A DNA stretch of 53,985 nt from a virus. Lineage: Duplodnaviria > Caudoviricetes. Where the stretch lies: IMG/VR virus record IMGVR_UViG_3300045996_001810, positions 1 to 53,985 of that record, one strand, 5' to 3'. Position 1 is the first letter of the stretch; each line of letters opens with the position of its first letter. A model generated the notes under the pieces. That model had not been told where the DNA came from. It ran no database searches and saw nothing but the letters and a program-made list of their open reading frames with translations. Made by a program: the position numbers and the translations under genes. Shown here piece after piece: positions 27,701 to 35,715 of this stretch.

Positions 27701-29108
27701 GCTCGACGGCCAGGGCGAGGCCGCCGCCGTCCTCGGAGAGCTCCGCGAAGAGCTCCACCACGCTCACGAGCGTGTCGATCAGCGCCGGGCCCAGGGTGGT
27801 CGCGAGGTTGTCGAGCGCCTCCTCCAGGGCCGGGACGAGCTCCTCACGGATCTGCCGGATCAGCTCCGGACTGTTCTCGTTCCCGCCGAGCCTCGCCCAC
27901 GCCTCCGCGAGGTCCCCGATCAGGCCGGCGACCTCCTCCGTCGCTTCCTTCGCGTGGTCGAAGTAGTCGGCCATCTCGTTCTGGCCCTCGACCGACCCGG
28001 TCCACTCCTCCCAGCGGCCGGTGACGTCCTCGAGGGACTGCATGAGATCGCGGCCGGACTCGTAGCCGGCGCCGCCGATGTTGACCAGCGTGCCGATCAG
28101 GTTCCCGCCAATGTCGTGGAGGTCCTGCAGCACCCAGCGGGTCTCGCGGAAGAACGCGGCGGTCTCCCCGCTCTTCTCGCCCGCCTGCGCCCACGCCTCG
28201 ACGTTCTCTGAGCCGGCCTTCGCGGCCTGGGTGAGCCAGGACACGAACGGGTCGGCGGCCACCAGGACGTCCCCGAGCGCGTCGACCAGGTTGAGCGCGG
28301 CGTCGCCGAGGTCCTCGAGCACCTCCGCGTTACGGTTCCCGATGACCTCCATCTCGCGGCCGAACTCGCGGCCGCCGACCATCCGGCCCGCCTGCTCGGC
28401 CACGTACCCCATCGCGTCCCCGGTGCGCTCCAGCACGCCCTCGAGCACGTCGAGGTTGCGCAGGGCCGCGTCCCCGCCCGCCTGCACGCCCGGGAACAGG
28501 CCGCGCGCGGACGCGGCCGTCAGGCCCTCCGCGACCCCCCGGTTCTGGCCGATCCACTTCACGAAGTCGCGCTGCTCCGCGGAGAGCTCGCGCATCGCCT
28601 GCCGCGCCTTCTTCGCGCTCTCCTCGGTCCCGTCGAGCGCGTCGGTCTGCGCCTTCAGGGCGTCCCCGACGCCGCGCGAGGCGACCAGGACGGTGCCGAG
28701 GCCCTGCCCGAGCGCGGTGTAGCTCTGCGCGACCCCGACCACGGCGCCCGCGGCCGGCGCGGAAGCGGCGATGATCGCGGTCAGGCCGGCGGCGACGTCG
28801 AAGAGCGCGTCCGCGGCCAGGCCGGCGCCGGCGCCGAGCGCCGGGAACTTGATCAGCCCGATCGCGTTACGGGTGAAGGTGAACTTCTGATTGACCCGGT
28901 TAAGGGTCGTGTCCAGGCCGCGCAGCCGGACGTCGAGGGCGTCGACGTCGCGCGCGTTCGCGCGCGTGGTCGCCCCGTACTTCTGCTGGCTCTTGTCCGC
29001 CGTGGCGGCGGCCTTGTCGACCGCCTGGATGGAGGCGATCGCCTGGCCGGCGGCGGCGCCGAGGTCCTTCGCGTCGCCGGTGATCTCGACGTGGATGCGG
29101 TCGGCCAT
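24756..29108 (-). CDS. Tape measure protein with M15-like peptidase motifs and lytic transglycosylase (SLT) domain
   Basis: 1450 aa, Ala/Gly-rich helical; WHYKAGALD...HFDHLHV; QESGGDPNAVNNWDVNA..GDPSIGLAQ. Confidence 0.92.
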   Translation of the reverse strand: MADRIHVEITGDAKDLGAAAGQAIASIQAVDKAAATADKSQQKYGATTRANARDVDALDVRLRGLDTTLNRVNQKFTFTRNAIGLIKFPALGAGAGLAADALFDVAAGLTAIIAASAPAAGAVVGVAQSYTALGQGLGTVLVASRGVGDALKAQTDALDGTEESAKKARQAMRELSAEQRDFVKWIGQNRGVAEGLTAASARGLFPGVQAGGDAALRNLDVLEGVLERTGDAMGYVAEQAGRMVGGREFGREMEVIGNRNAEVLEDLGDAALNLVDALGDVLVAADPFVSWLTQAAKAGSENVEAWAQAGEKSGETAAFFRETRWVLQDLHDIGGNLIGTLVNIGGAGYESGRDLMQSLEDVTGRWEEWTGSVEGQNEMADYFDHAKEATEEVAGLIGDLAEAWARLGGNENSPELIRQIREELVPALEEALDNLATTLGPALIDTLVSVVELFAELSEDGGGLALAVELIGDVVDGITWLIDIGGPGLKEALSVGLAGMTLYKILGIGAAISGVDTLIKRLKTAGTVAGGVGAAAGAGSVLGAAAGAAAGSWTRGKGGAMVWTPGAGGAAGGAVGGAVAKAGARGAIGAGLGVLGGPWGMAAGAAGVAAYSGVRALEEGRESKALEKYNEQLDRLVRRRDVTGLKALGDQVRDTGEGFKGAYVPIDKAFDDLSDDARQAATQDLPRVIERVEALQKLAMQDVAVEIDTKVTTEGALKVAGTIDRMRKGVSNSVEQLRTNVRLSMRAIKTEMDASSSEGKSALSKNFDAAIINVKRSMREGTLSTKEGMREIERLMRKNLAMYGITGEQASRYIDGRDTLTGKRNADSDNVASNNVQGKAGGGFIGKPGQAGQDTQLIRVGLGEAIVNGPQQDVINAALATTFGTDLDGLFQRVNKPHWVGGGHGKGMQGGGIVGLGKWIQSMGYAVGEHPAFGGVTGGHAPGGWHYKAGALDVNADTFPGGEPAALDRLNAMLRAKGWHTLWRVPDHFDHLHVDLGAGGGGAMAALEQIAAPKWTGPGGAVGAAGQAAVAAVAAGANASLAKAFTNMSAGGGGGQMGGAAMGDAALRSLIEQALRMTGHYTPGNAAALFRRVMQESGGDPNAVNNWDVNAANGDPSIGLAQVIGSTFQAYRDPSLPNSQRHPLANLVAAINYMIARYGHIVDANGQGYARGGRVGRAAAGLPARVRFNRRQNRNRSRAAEAAAKARAKRPRGSLVPAKNVVNLGGVPLKGAPGLTAGPAPLTDSSGESYAHRFWEGELARWAAEVRAGLRGQGEVLPLMETLSGQILAGARGQLVGMERLDILGDLQDARGQDPAIAMGEERDRILAEIGAQTIAGERLAGQQFGALSSFAGILGQRSLGTFAHGGRVVGNTQLAVVHPGETITPDPNGPYGTGQARPAPVSVAAPQVTVIVDRDGRASATVDGRPVDVVSQRTGQRTRALIAAANGRR

Positions 29109-29221
29109 CAGCCGCGACTATCCGGCCCCTCGGGTAGCCTCCCCGAGGCCCGCTCCAGTGCTCCGGACCCGGAGCGGCCCCGGCCCCCGGCGCCCGAGCG
29201 CGTCGGGGGGCGGGGGCACCA

Positions 29222-29859
29222 CTACTGGCCGCGCAGGGCGCGGCGCTGCGCGTCAAGGTCCTGGAAGTTGTCCCGCGAGGCGGGCGTCCACTTCTCCGGG
29301 TCCGGCTCGCCGCCCTCCCGGTGCCGGTTGATCGCCCGGATCCACCCCTGCAGCTCCAGCCAGCCCATCACCCGGCCGTCCGCCCCGGGGGCGCGCCAGA
29401 AGTCATGGCGCCACCCGAACTCGCGGCACAGCGGCGCGATCAGGTCGAGGAACGGGACCCGGTCGACCGCTTCCTCGAGGCCGGCGTCCTCGTCGACCTC
29501 GACCTGGGCTTCGCCGCCGGCTTCGCCTTTCCCTCAGCCCTCTCACGGGCCGCGGGGCTGTAGATGTACCCGACCGCGAGGACCATCTCGTTCACGCCGA
29601 GCGGGAGCCGCTCGAGGTCGGGCTGATGCAGCCGGAACAGGGCGAGCAGCTCGTCGTGCAGCTGCAGGTTGAGCTCCTGGGTCGCGCCCTCGGCCTCCCC
29701 CGCCGAGGCGGTCTGCGCGCGCTCACGGAGCGCCAGGAGCTTCACGTACAGCGGCGCCGGCAGGTCGCCGGGGAGCCGGTAGGTCTCCCCGTGCAGGATC
29801 ACGTCGATCGGGTCGGCGGTGACGCCGGACTCGTCGAGGTTGATGACCAGGTGTGCCAA
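29222..29859 (-). CDS. Tail assembly chaperone (short form 29440-29859; -1 frameshifted long form to 29222)
   Basis: TTG start with GAGGAG RBS; in-frame G GGA AAG slippery site at 29527-29533; open -1 frame to 29222. Confidence 0.85.
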
Positions 29860-30047
29860 GGGTTTGCGCTCCTCGCGGGCGGGTAGACGGGCGCGAGCGA
29901 CTATCCGGCGCGTTTCAGAAACCCGGATGGGTGACGAAGATCCCCCCGAGGGGGGAAGCGCGGGCGCGATACGTTCGCGTGGTGACAAGACCCCATAATC
30001 CGGGCGGTGGGTCAACCCCCGGCGGTCTTGTCACAGTGGAAGCACCC

Positions 30048-30086
30048 CCGCGGGACCCTCGGCCGGGCGGCCGAGGGTTCCCGCGG
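30048..30086 (-). terminator. GC-rich hairpin after the major tail gene
   Basis: CCGCGGGACCCTCGGCC / GGCCGAGGGTTCCCGCGG inverted repeat. Confidence 0.65.
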
Positions 30087-30092
30087 ACCCTG

Positions 30093-31115
30093 CTAGACGA
30101 TGTTGGCCTGGGAGGCGTGCACGACGCGGGCGATCACCGACGTGGTCGGGCTGGCGTACGTCATCGCGGCGACGTCGATGTAGACGGTCTTGCCGTCCGG
30201 GTCGAGCTTGTTGACCTTCGCCCCGACGAAGTGCAGCTGCGGCAGGCTCAGGTCGAGCTGCCGGAACGTGGTCGCGGTCGCGTCCTCCGACGTGTTGCGC
30301 ATCACCGCGCGGAACGAGCCGGTCGCCAGGGCGAGCGGCACGACGGTCCCGCCGCCGTACTTGATCGCGTCGTAGAGGGTGGCGCCCTCGTACTTCAGCG
30401 TCAGGTCCAGGTCGTAGTCGGCGTTGAGCTCGATGACGTCCTCACGGAAGAGCTCCGTGGTCTGGATGCCGTCGTCGACGTTGCGCTTCGCGGAGAACTT
30501 GAACTTCGTGATCTTCGTGTTGCCGGCCCCGTTGAGCACGTAGGACCCGCGCGGGAAGAACACGGGGTCGACGCTCTCGCGGGTCGCGGTCAGCGCCGAC
30601 GCCGCGGCGTTGCGCCGGTACGGGGTGCCACCGCCGATGACCGCGAACGAGAGGCGCGCCGGCGAGCCGGCCTCGGCCTCGAGGTCCAGGGTCGTGATCT
30701 TCGCGTTGCTGACCCGCTCGATCTGATCGGAGAACTTCTGCTCGACCGTCCAGTACGGCAGGGTCGCGGCGGGGATCAGCTCCGTGCGCTGGCAGCCGGT
30801 CGGGATCCCGTTCGCCGCGGAGGCGACCTCCGGCGTGCCCGACTTGGCGCCCAGGACGCCGGCGAAGCCGTACAGCGACAGGTTCGAGCGGGCGTTGCCG
30901 TTCGCGGCCCCGTCCATCTTGATCATGCGCTTGTAGCGGAAGGCGACCTCCTGGCCGTCCCCGCCCTCGCGCTCGCTGACGACGTCCTCGTCGAGCTCGA
31001 GCGCCGTCCCGTCCTTGTGCTTGAGGAACAGGAACGTGGTCGCCTCGGTGTCCTTCGCGGACTGCTTGCCGATCGCGAAGTAGTCGCCGGGCTGGTTGGT
31101 CGAGTAGCCGGGCAT
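30093..31115 (-). CDS. Major tail tube protein
   Basis: 340 aa, beta-rich, YFAIGKQS N-terminus; immediately upstream of chaperone and tape measure. Confidence 0.82.
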   Translation of the reverse strand: MPGYSTNQPGDYFAIGKQSAKDTEATTFLFLKHKDGTALELDEDVVSEREGGDGQEVAFRYKRMIKMDGAANGNARSNLSLYGFAGVLGAKSGTPEVASAANGIPTGCQRTELIPAATLPYWTVEQKFSDQIERVSNAKITTLDLEAEAGSPARLSFAVIGGGTPYRRNAAASALTATRESVDPVFFPRGSYVLNGAGNTKITKFKFSAKRNVDDGIQTTELFREDVIELNADYDLDLTLKYEGATLYDAIKYGGGTVVPLALATGSFRAVMRNTSEDATATTFRQLDLSLPQLHFVGAKVNKLDPDGKTVYIDVAAMTYASPTTSVIARVVHASQANIV

Positions 31116-31378
31116 CAGGCGCTACCTCCGGCCGCGGCCGGGGCGGCGATCGTGGCCTCGGGGGCGGGGTTGCCCTCGGGCTCGGGCTCGGACTCGGCGT
31201 CGGCTCGCTTCGCGGCGGCCTTGGCGGCCTTCTCGTCGACGGGCTTCCAGTTGTCGGACGCGAGCGCCTCTCCGGGGGGGACGAGGTACTCGTCGCCGTA
31301 GCGGAGCTGCGCCCCGCTGGCGGTCACGACGTCGCCGGGGCCAACCCAGCGTGCGGGGATCAGGGCGCGTTCGCTCAT
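31115..31378 (-). CDS. Small virion-region protein
   Basis: 87 aa MSERALIPARWVGPG; start defined by the motif at 31385. Confidence 0.65.
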   Translation of the reverse strand: MSERALIPARWVGPGDVVTASGAQLRYGDEYLVPPGEALASDNWKPVDEKAAKAAAKRADAESEPEPEGNPAPEATIAAPAAAGGSA

Positions 31379-31416
31379 ACGCCCGCGACTATCCGACCCC
31401 ACAGAGGCCGGGAACG

Positions 31417-31445
31417 CCGGAGGGCGCCCGGCGGGCGCCCTCCAG
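31417..31445 (-). terminator. 13-bp hairpin closing the tRNA-like transcript
   Basis: CTGGAGGGCGCCC-GCC-GGGCGCCCTCCGG. Confidence 0.6.
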
Positions 31446-31446
31446 T

Positions 31447-31501
31447 TGCCTAGCCTTCTCGGCCACCGCGGCGTGCGCCGCGACCCGGACTCGAACCGGG
31501 G
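31447..31501 (-). ncRNA. Circularly permuted tRNA-like module (T-arm, closed acceptor stem, D-arm)
   Basis: CCCGG-TTCGAGT-CCGGG; TCGCGGC-GCAC-GCCGCGG; TG-GCCGAGAAGGCTAGGC. Confidence 0.72.
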
Positions 31502-31503
31502 TA

Positions 31504-31574
31504 TAGCGCGCCGGGGTGCTGCCCCCCGCGCCCCGGGGTTATGAGCCCTGGGTAGGCGCTGGCCTTCGCGCGCA
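31504..31574 (-). tRNA. Degenerate initiator tRNA-Met(CAT)-like element
   Basis: GGG-CTCATAA-CCC anticodon arm; 1:72 mismatch over a 6-bp acceptor stem; A73; short D-loop, non-canonical T-loop, no CCA. Confidence 0.55.
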
Positions 31575-31580
31575 CGGTGA

Positions 31581-31586
31581 AGCGTA
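31581..31586 (-). promoter_or_regulatory. -10 element TACGCT in front of the tRNA-like RNA
   Basis: CGTTACGCT context as at 49976-49984; 6 nt before the predicted 5' end. Confidence 0.55.
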
Positions 31587-31599
31587 ACGGATGGCCCGG

Positions 31600-32130
31600 T
31601 CAGCCGACCTCGGAGCGGCGGGCCCACATCACGAACGTGGACCACATGACCAGCTGGCCGCCGTGATCAGGGTCGCGCATCGCCGGCCCCCACTGGACCG
31701 TCCGGGCCCCGGTCCCCCACGCCCCGTCGCCGGTCTCAGACGCCGACGTCCCCAGCGCCCGGCCGCGCAAAGCGACGGACGCGACCGCGCCGAGGTAGCG
31801 GCGCATCGCCCTGGGGAGGAGCCGGTACTCCGGCGAGAAGAGGTAGACGACGATCCCGAGCTCGTGGTAGCCGGTCACGTCTGAGCCGGTGTCGTCCTCC
31901 AGGCGGCTCTCGACGTCCAGGATCCCGAGGACGGGCCCGTTGCCGAGGTAGGGCTCGAGCTCGCCGGGCGGGGGGGCGTGGTCGAGGTAGTAGCCGGGGG
32001 CGGCCAGGAGCGCGGCGTCCTCCGGTTCGAGGCCCGACGCGCGCGACGCGAGCTCGGCGGGCAGCTCTGACTCGAGGCGGTCGAGGAGCGTGGCCACGAG
32101 CGGCGTGTTGAGCCGGAACTGGGTGCCCAT
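31600..32130 (-). CDS. Tail terminator-like protein
   Basis: 176 aa; synteny between neck and tail tube genes. Confidence 0.6.
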   Translation of the reverse strand: MGTQFRLNTPLVATLLDRLESELPAELASRASGLEPEDAALLAAPGYYLDHAPPPGELEPYLGNGPVLGILDVESRLEDDTGSDVTGYHELGIVVYLFSPEYRLLPRAMRRYLGAVASVALRGRALGTSASETGDGAWGTGARTVQWGPAMRDPDHGGQLVMWSTFVMWARRSEVG

Positions 32131-32621
32131 CAGCGTGCCCCTCCGAGCGGCGCCGTCCGGCGGATCGCGGTCAGCCACTCGCTGAAGACCCGGTCCACCG
32201 CGTTACGCTTCTGCGCGTCGGTGAGGGCGAGGATCTTGCGCTGCGGCATGTGAATGGTGCCGTCCTGGTGGTAGCCGGCCTTCTCGTCGACCGGGTGGTA
32301 GACCATCTTCTTCGGCGTCACGACGACCGCGGCGCCCTTGTTGAGCATCGCCGCCTTCATATCGCCGGAGGCCTCGAGGATCGGCTTCGGCCCGTACCGG
32401 GCGAGCTTCCACGCCGCGTACTCCGGCGACAGGGGGGTCCAGGGGTGGCCGAGGCCTCCCTTGCCCTCCGTCGCGAACTGCTGCTCGACGGCGTCGAGGA
32501 TGACGTCGGCCATCCGGTCCAGCGGCTCGGAGAGGTCCTGCGCCTCCTCCCCGTAGACCTGGAAGGCGCGGCTGATCTGCTGCTCGCCGCTGACGGCGAA
32601 GCCGACCCTGACGAACGGCAC
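32130..32621 (-). CDS. Virion morphogenesis/neck protein (Mu gpG-like)
   Basis: WTPLSPEYAAWK...ILEASG...YHQDGT.HMPQRKIL. Confidence 0.85.
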   Translation of the reverse strand: MPFVRVGFAVSGEQQISRAFQVYGEEAQDLSEPLDRMADVILDAVEQQFATEGKGGLGHPWTPLSPEYAAWKLARYGPKPILEASGDMKAAMLNKGAAVVVTPKKMVYHPVDEKAGYHQDGTIHMPQRKILALTDAQKRNAVDRVFSEWLTAIRRTAPLGGAR

Positions 32622-32623
32622 GC

Positions 32624-33082
32624 TCAGAACTCCTGGTCGACCGTGAAGAACGACGACCGCGACGAGGCGATCCCGGCCTCCTCCAGGGTCTTCGCTCGCG
32701 CGTACGCGCCCCCGGCCGTGCTGCTCTTCGCCGCGTCGAGCTCGATCGTCGGCCCGCTCGCGCGCGGGTCGAGCTTGTTGAGCCAGGAGATGAAGTCACG
32801 CTCCGCGGCCTCCCCCTGCACACCGGCGGGCTTCGGCCCGGGCGCGCTCTTCTCGACCATCGAGAGGGCGCCGATCGCGTTCACCGTGCGCAGGAGCCGC
32901 AGCGCCGACGTGGCGGTCGTCGCGACGGGAAGCTCGTAGCCGGCCGCCCGGAGGACCCCGTCGAGGATGATCTGGCTCTCCTCGAGGAACCCGAACACCG
33001 CGGAGGCGTTGGGCTTGCTCGAGGCGGTGAACGTGCGCGCGGGCGCCCGGTGCTGGACGTCGATCAGGGTCGCGTAGGCCAC
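32624..33082 (-). CDS. Head-tail adaptor (Mu gp36-like)
   Basis: MAYATLIDV...ILDGVL..AGYELPV. Confidence 0.75.
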   Translation of the reverse strand: MAYATLIDVQHRAPARTFTASSKPNASAVFGFLEESQIILDGVLRAAGYELPVATTATSALRLLRTVNAIGALSMVEKSAPGPKPAGVQGEAAERDFISWLNKLDPRASGPTIELDAAKSSTAGGAYARAKTLEEAGIASSRSSFFTVDQEF

Positions 33083-33089
33083 GAGGCGA

Positions 33090-33185
33090 CTATCCCCGCC
33101 GGTGGCCGCAATGGATGCACCGGCGCCGCTCGAGCAGGTTCCACCGGCCGCAGAACGTGCACCACCACCAGGGGGACCACCTCAT
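33090..33185 (-). CDS. 31-aa Trp/Cys-rich zinc-finger micro-protein
   Basis: WWWCTFCGRWN...CIHCG; ATGA overlap. Confidence 0.45.
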   Translation of the reverse strand: MRWSPWWWCTFCGRWNLLERRRCIHCGHRRG

Positions 33186-34777
33186 GCCGCCGCCAGCACG
33201 CCGAGCGCGGCCAGGTCGCTCACCTCGCGCGCGACCCCGTCCCACCCGAGCTCCGACGCGGCGGGCGGCCCGTGCAGCTGCGCGTACCGTTGCTGGTCCG
33301 GGTCGGTGAGACCGCGGACGACCTCGGCGATGAACGCCTCCCGCCACCCGGCGCTCGCCGGGTCGCCCTGCACCAGCGCCCCGACCTTCACGGTCTCCCG
33401 CAGCGCACCCCACGCCGACGCGACGACGACGCACCCGGCAGCCTGCGCCTCCATCGCCCCGATACACGAGGTCTCGTGGAAGGGGATGCCGTGCGGCGTG
33501 TTGTAGGACGGCGCGCACCACACGAGGCTCTCGCGCATCAGCCGCGCGAGCGCGGGCTGCGACTGGGACTCGAGGAGCTCGACGCCGGGCTGGTCGGCGA
33601 GCCGGCGGACCTCCGCGGCGTGCTGGCCCACGGTGTGGTCCTGGGCGGCGATCCGCCAGTACACCGGCGAGTAGCAGGCGGCGAGCTCGGCGAACGGGAC
33701 GCCGGCCTTCTCGGCCTGGCGGCGGATCGTTGGCCACCACCGCAACAGGAGGTCCAGGCCCCGGTCCGGGCTGGAGGTGTAGAGGACGCGCGGCTGGCGG
33801 GCGAGCTCGGGGCCGGAGAACCGGTCGAGGTCGATGCCGTTACGGATCCGGCGGATCTTGCCGTCGAGGAACGGGTACATGCCGCGGACGTGCCCCTCGT
33901 GCCACGCGGAGAGCACGAGCACGTCGTCGATCCGCGCGGCGCGGGCGGGGGTGAGCCGGTCGCCGCAGTCGGTGTCGTGCAGCCAGAGCATCCGCCGGCG
34001 CGCCCGCGCCGGGCGGTCGAACACCTCGGGCACCCGTGAGCTGATGAGGAGGTCGACGGGGGCGAGCGGGTCGAAGACGGCGTGGTGGCGGTAGATGACG
34101 TCGCGGTGCACGCACTCCTCGACGTCGCCGTAGACGGTGACGACCCAGCCCAGGTCCGACAGGGCGGACGCGAGCCGGATCGCGGCAGTCTCCGACCCGC
34201 CCAGGCCCTTGCGCTCGGGGTCGTTCGGGCTCCACTTCTGCCAGCCGGGCCCGGTGTAGATCGTCGCGGTCCCGACCCGCTGGACGGGCTGGTAGGAGCC
34301 GAACGTGACCGTGTCCTCCCCGACGCCCATATCCAGGAGGGTGCCGCGGCGCCGGAGCTCGTCGGCGAGGTCGATCGCCCGGTAGGCGCGGAGGTGGTGC
34401 GGGTTGTGCCCGTCGCCGAACGCGCCGTCAGGGGTGCTGACGTAGATCCGGCCGCCGGGGGCGAGCATGCGCTCAGCCACGCCGAGAAGTGAAGCAGGGT
34501 CGGGGACGTGCTCGATCAGCTCGAACAGGATCACCGCGTCGTAGGTCCCGGCCTCGAACAGGCGCGGCGCGTCCTCGGCGAGGCCGACCTTCGCCCGGCC
34601 GTCGACGCGGCCCTTGGTCTTGCGGCGCAGCCGCCGGATCCGGGCGTTGCAGAACGCGACCGCGTTGGCGTCGGCGTCCAGGGCGTCGACGGTGATGGGG
34701 CCGGGGTGCTCGCGGGCGGCCCAGGCGGTGACGTGCCCGTCCGAGGCGCCGAGGTCCAGGACCCGTAGGCGCTTCAC
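33182..34777 (-). CDS. Class I SAM methyltransferase fused to GT-B (GT4-like) glycosyltransferase
   Basis: VLDLGASDG, FELIEHV, YVSTP; GLGGSET, YTSSPDRGL, ETSCIGAMEAQAAG. Confidence 0.88.
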   Translation of the reverse strand: MKRLRVLDLGASDGHVTAWAAREHPGPITVDALDADANAVAFCNARIRRLRRKTKGRVDGRAKVGLAEDAPRLFEAGTYDAVILFELIEHVPDPASLLGVAERMLAPGGRIYVSTPDGAFGDGHNPHHLRAYRAIDLADELRRRGTLLDMGVGEDTVTFGSYQPVQRVGTATIYTGPGWQKWSPNDPERKGLGGSETAAIRLASALSDLGWVVTVYGDVEECVHRDVIYRHHAVFDPLAPVDLLISSRVPEVFDRPARARRRMLWLHDTDCGDRLTPARAARIDDVLVLSAWHEGHVRGMYPFLDGKIRRIRNGIDLDRFSGPELARQPRVLYTSSPDRGLDLLLRWWPTIRRQAEKAGVPFAELAACYSPVYWRIAAQDHTVGQHAAEVRRLADQPGVELLESQSQPALARLMRESLVWCAPSYNTPHGIPFHETSCIGAMEAQAAGCVVVASAWGALRETVKVGALVQGDPASAGWREAFIAEVVRGLTDPDQQRYAQLHGPPAASELGWDGVAREVSDLAALGVLAAA

Positions 34778-35538
34778 GCGGCCTCGCAGAGGCGCTCGAG
34801 GCGGTCGAAGACGTGGTCGGGGCAGGTGCCCTTGAGCTCGGCGACGAGGTCCAGGAGCGCGTCCGCGTAGCGTTCGCGCAGCGGCGTCCTGATGTAGTCG
34901 AGCGCGGGCTGCAGCGGGAGCGGGTCGGTGTGGAGCGTGGTCGTGGTCTCGCCCGCGGTGTAGCCGGCGGCGGCGATTTCGTCGGCGGCGGCGTGCAGCT
35001 GCCGGCGGATCTCGTCAGGGTCGCTGACGACCTCGACCTCGGCGGCGCCGGCGGCGACCGCGTCGGTGATCTCCTGGTCGGCGAGCGGCTCCGCGGGGTC
35101 GCCCACGACGGGCCCGAACTTCCAGACGGTGCTCGGCCGGCCCGAGCCGGTCCCCAGCTTCCCCGCGCGGTGCGCCCGGGGCGGGGTCTCGTCGGCGAGG
35201 TCCCGGAGCATCCCGGCCGCGCTCGCCCGGGACGTGCCCACCGCGTTCGCGACCTCGGTCGCGGTCGCGGGCCCGTTGGCCTGCAGCCAGTCCGCGACCC
35301 GCTCGAGCATCGGCTTCTCCTCCATTGGGGTGATCCTCCTCACTCGTACGGTGGGGTCGGCGTGCGCCGCCCGCACGCGATCGCCGAGCGCACGAATGCG
35401 CCGGTCCATCTCCTGCGCGCCCACCGCCTCGCGCGCCGGGTACTTGCCCGCGACGACGCACTTGCTGCAGCGGCCGCCCGCGTCGCGCGCGGGGCGCTTG
35501 CCGCAAGCACGGCAGTCACCACTCGCCGGTGCGGTCAT
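34774..35538 (-). CDS. Zn-finger plus winged-HTH protein
   Basis: CRAC...CSKC; GPATATEVANAVGTSRASAAGMLRDL. Confidence 0.6.
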   Translation of the reverse strand: MTAPASGDCRACGKRPARDAGGRCSKCVVAGKYPAREAVGAQEMDRRIRALGDRVRAAHADPTVRVRRITPMEEKPMLERVADWLQANGPATATEVANAVGTSRASAAGMLRDLADETPPRAHRAGKLGTGSGRPSTVWKFGPVVGDPAEPLADQEITDAVAAGAAEVEVVSDPDEIRRQLHAAADEIAAAGYTAGETTTTLHTDPLPLQPALDYIRTPLRERYADALLDLVAELKGTCPDHVFDRLERLCEAA

Positions 35539-35715
35539 CGCTCGTGGTCATGCCGTCGTCGCGGTCGTAATCCGCCGGGCCGCGGGCCTCCACCGCCTCA
35601 CGGAGCCGGGCGTGCGCGCGGCGGAACGCGGCCTGCCGGTTCCAGCGGACGATCGCCTGGTCGAACGCGATCACCGCGACCGCCCCCAGGACGGCGCCCG
35701 CGAGCCACCACCGGA

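Noticed and set aside
24750-28211. 1153-aa plus-strand ORF
   Set aside because: Antisense shadow of the tape measure gene
29128-29220. Three GC-rich hairpins between chaperone and tape measure genes
   Set aside because: Extreme GC makes such stems expected; at most a terminator
31447-31574. Conventional tRNA or two-piece tmRNA call
   Set aside because: The canonical T-arm lies after, not within, the anticodon-bearing cloverleaf; no CCA, no G3-U70 pair, no tag reading frame seen
31379-31645. N-terminal extension of ORF 31115..31645
   Set aside because: Overlaps the tRNA-like RNA; the late motif places the start at 31378
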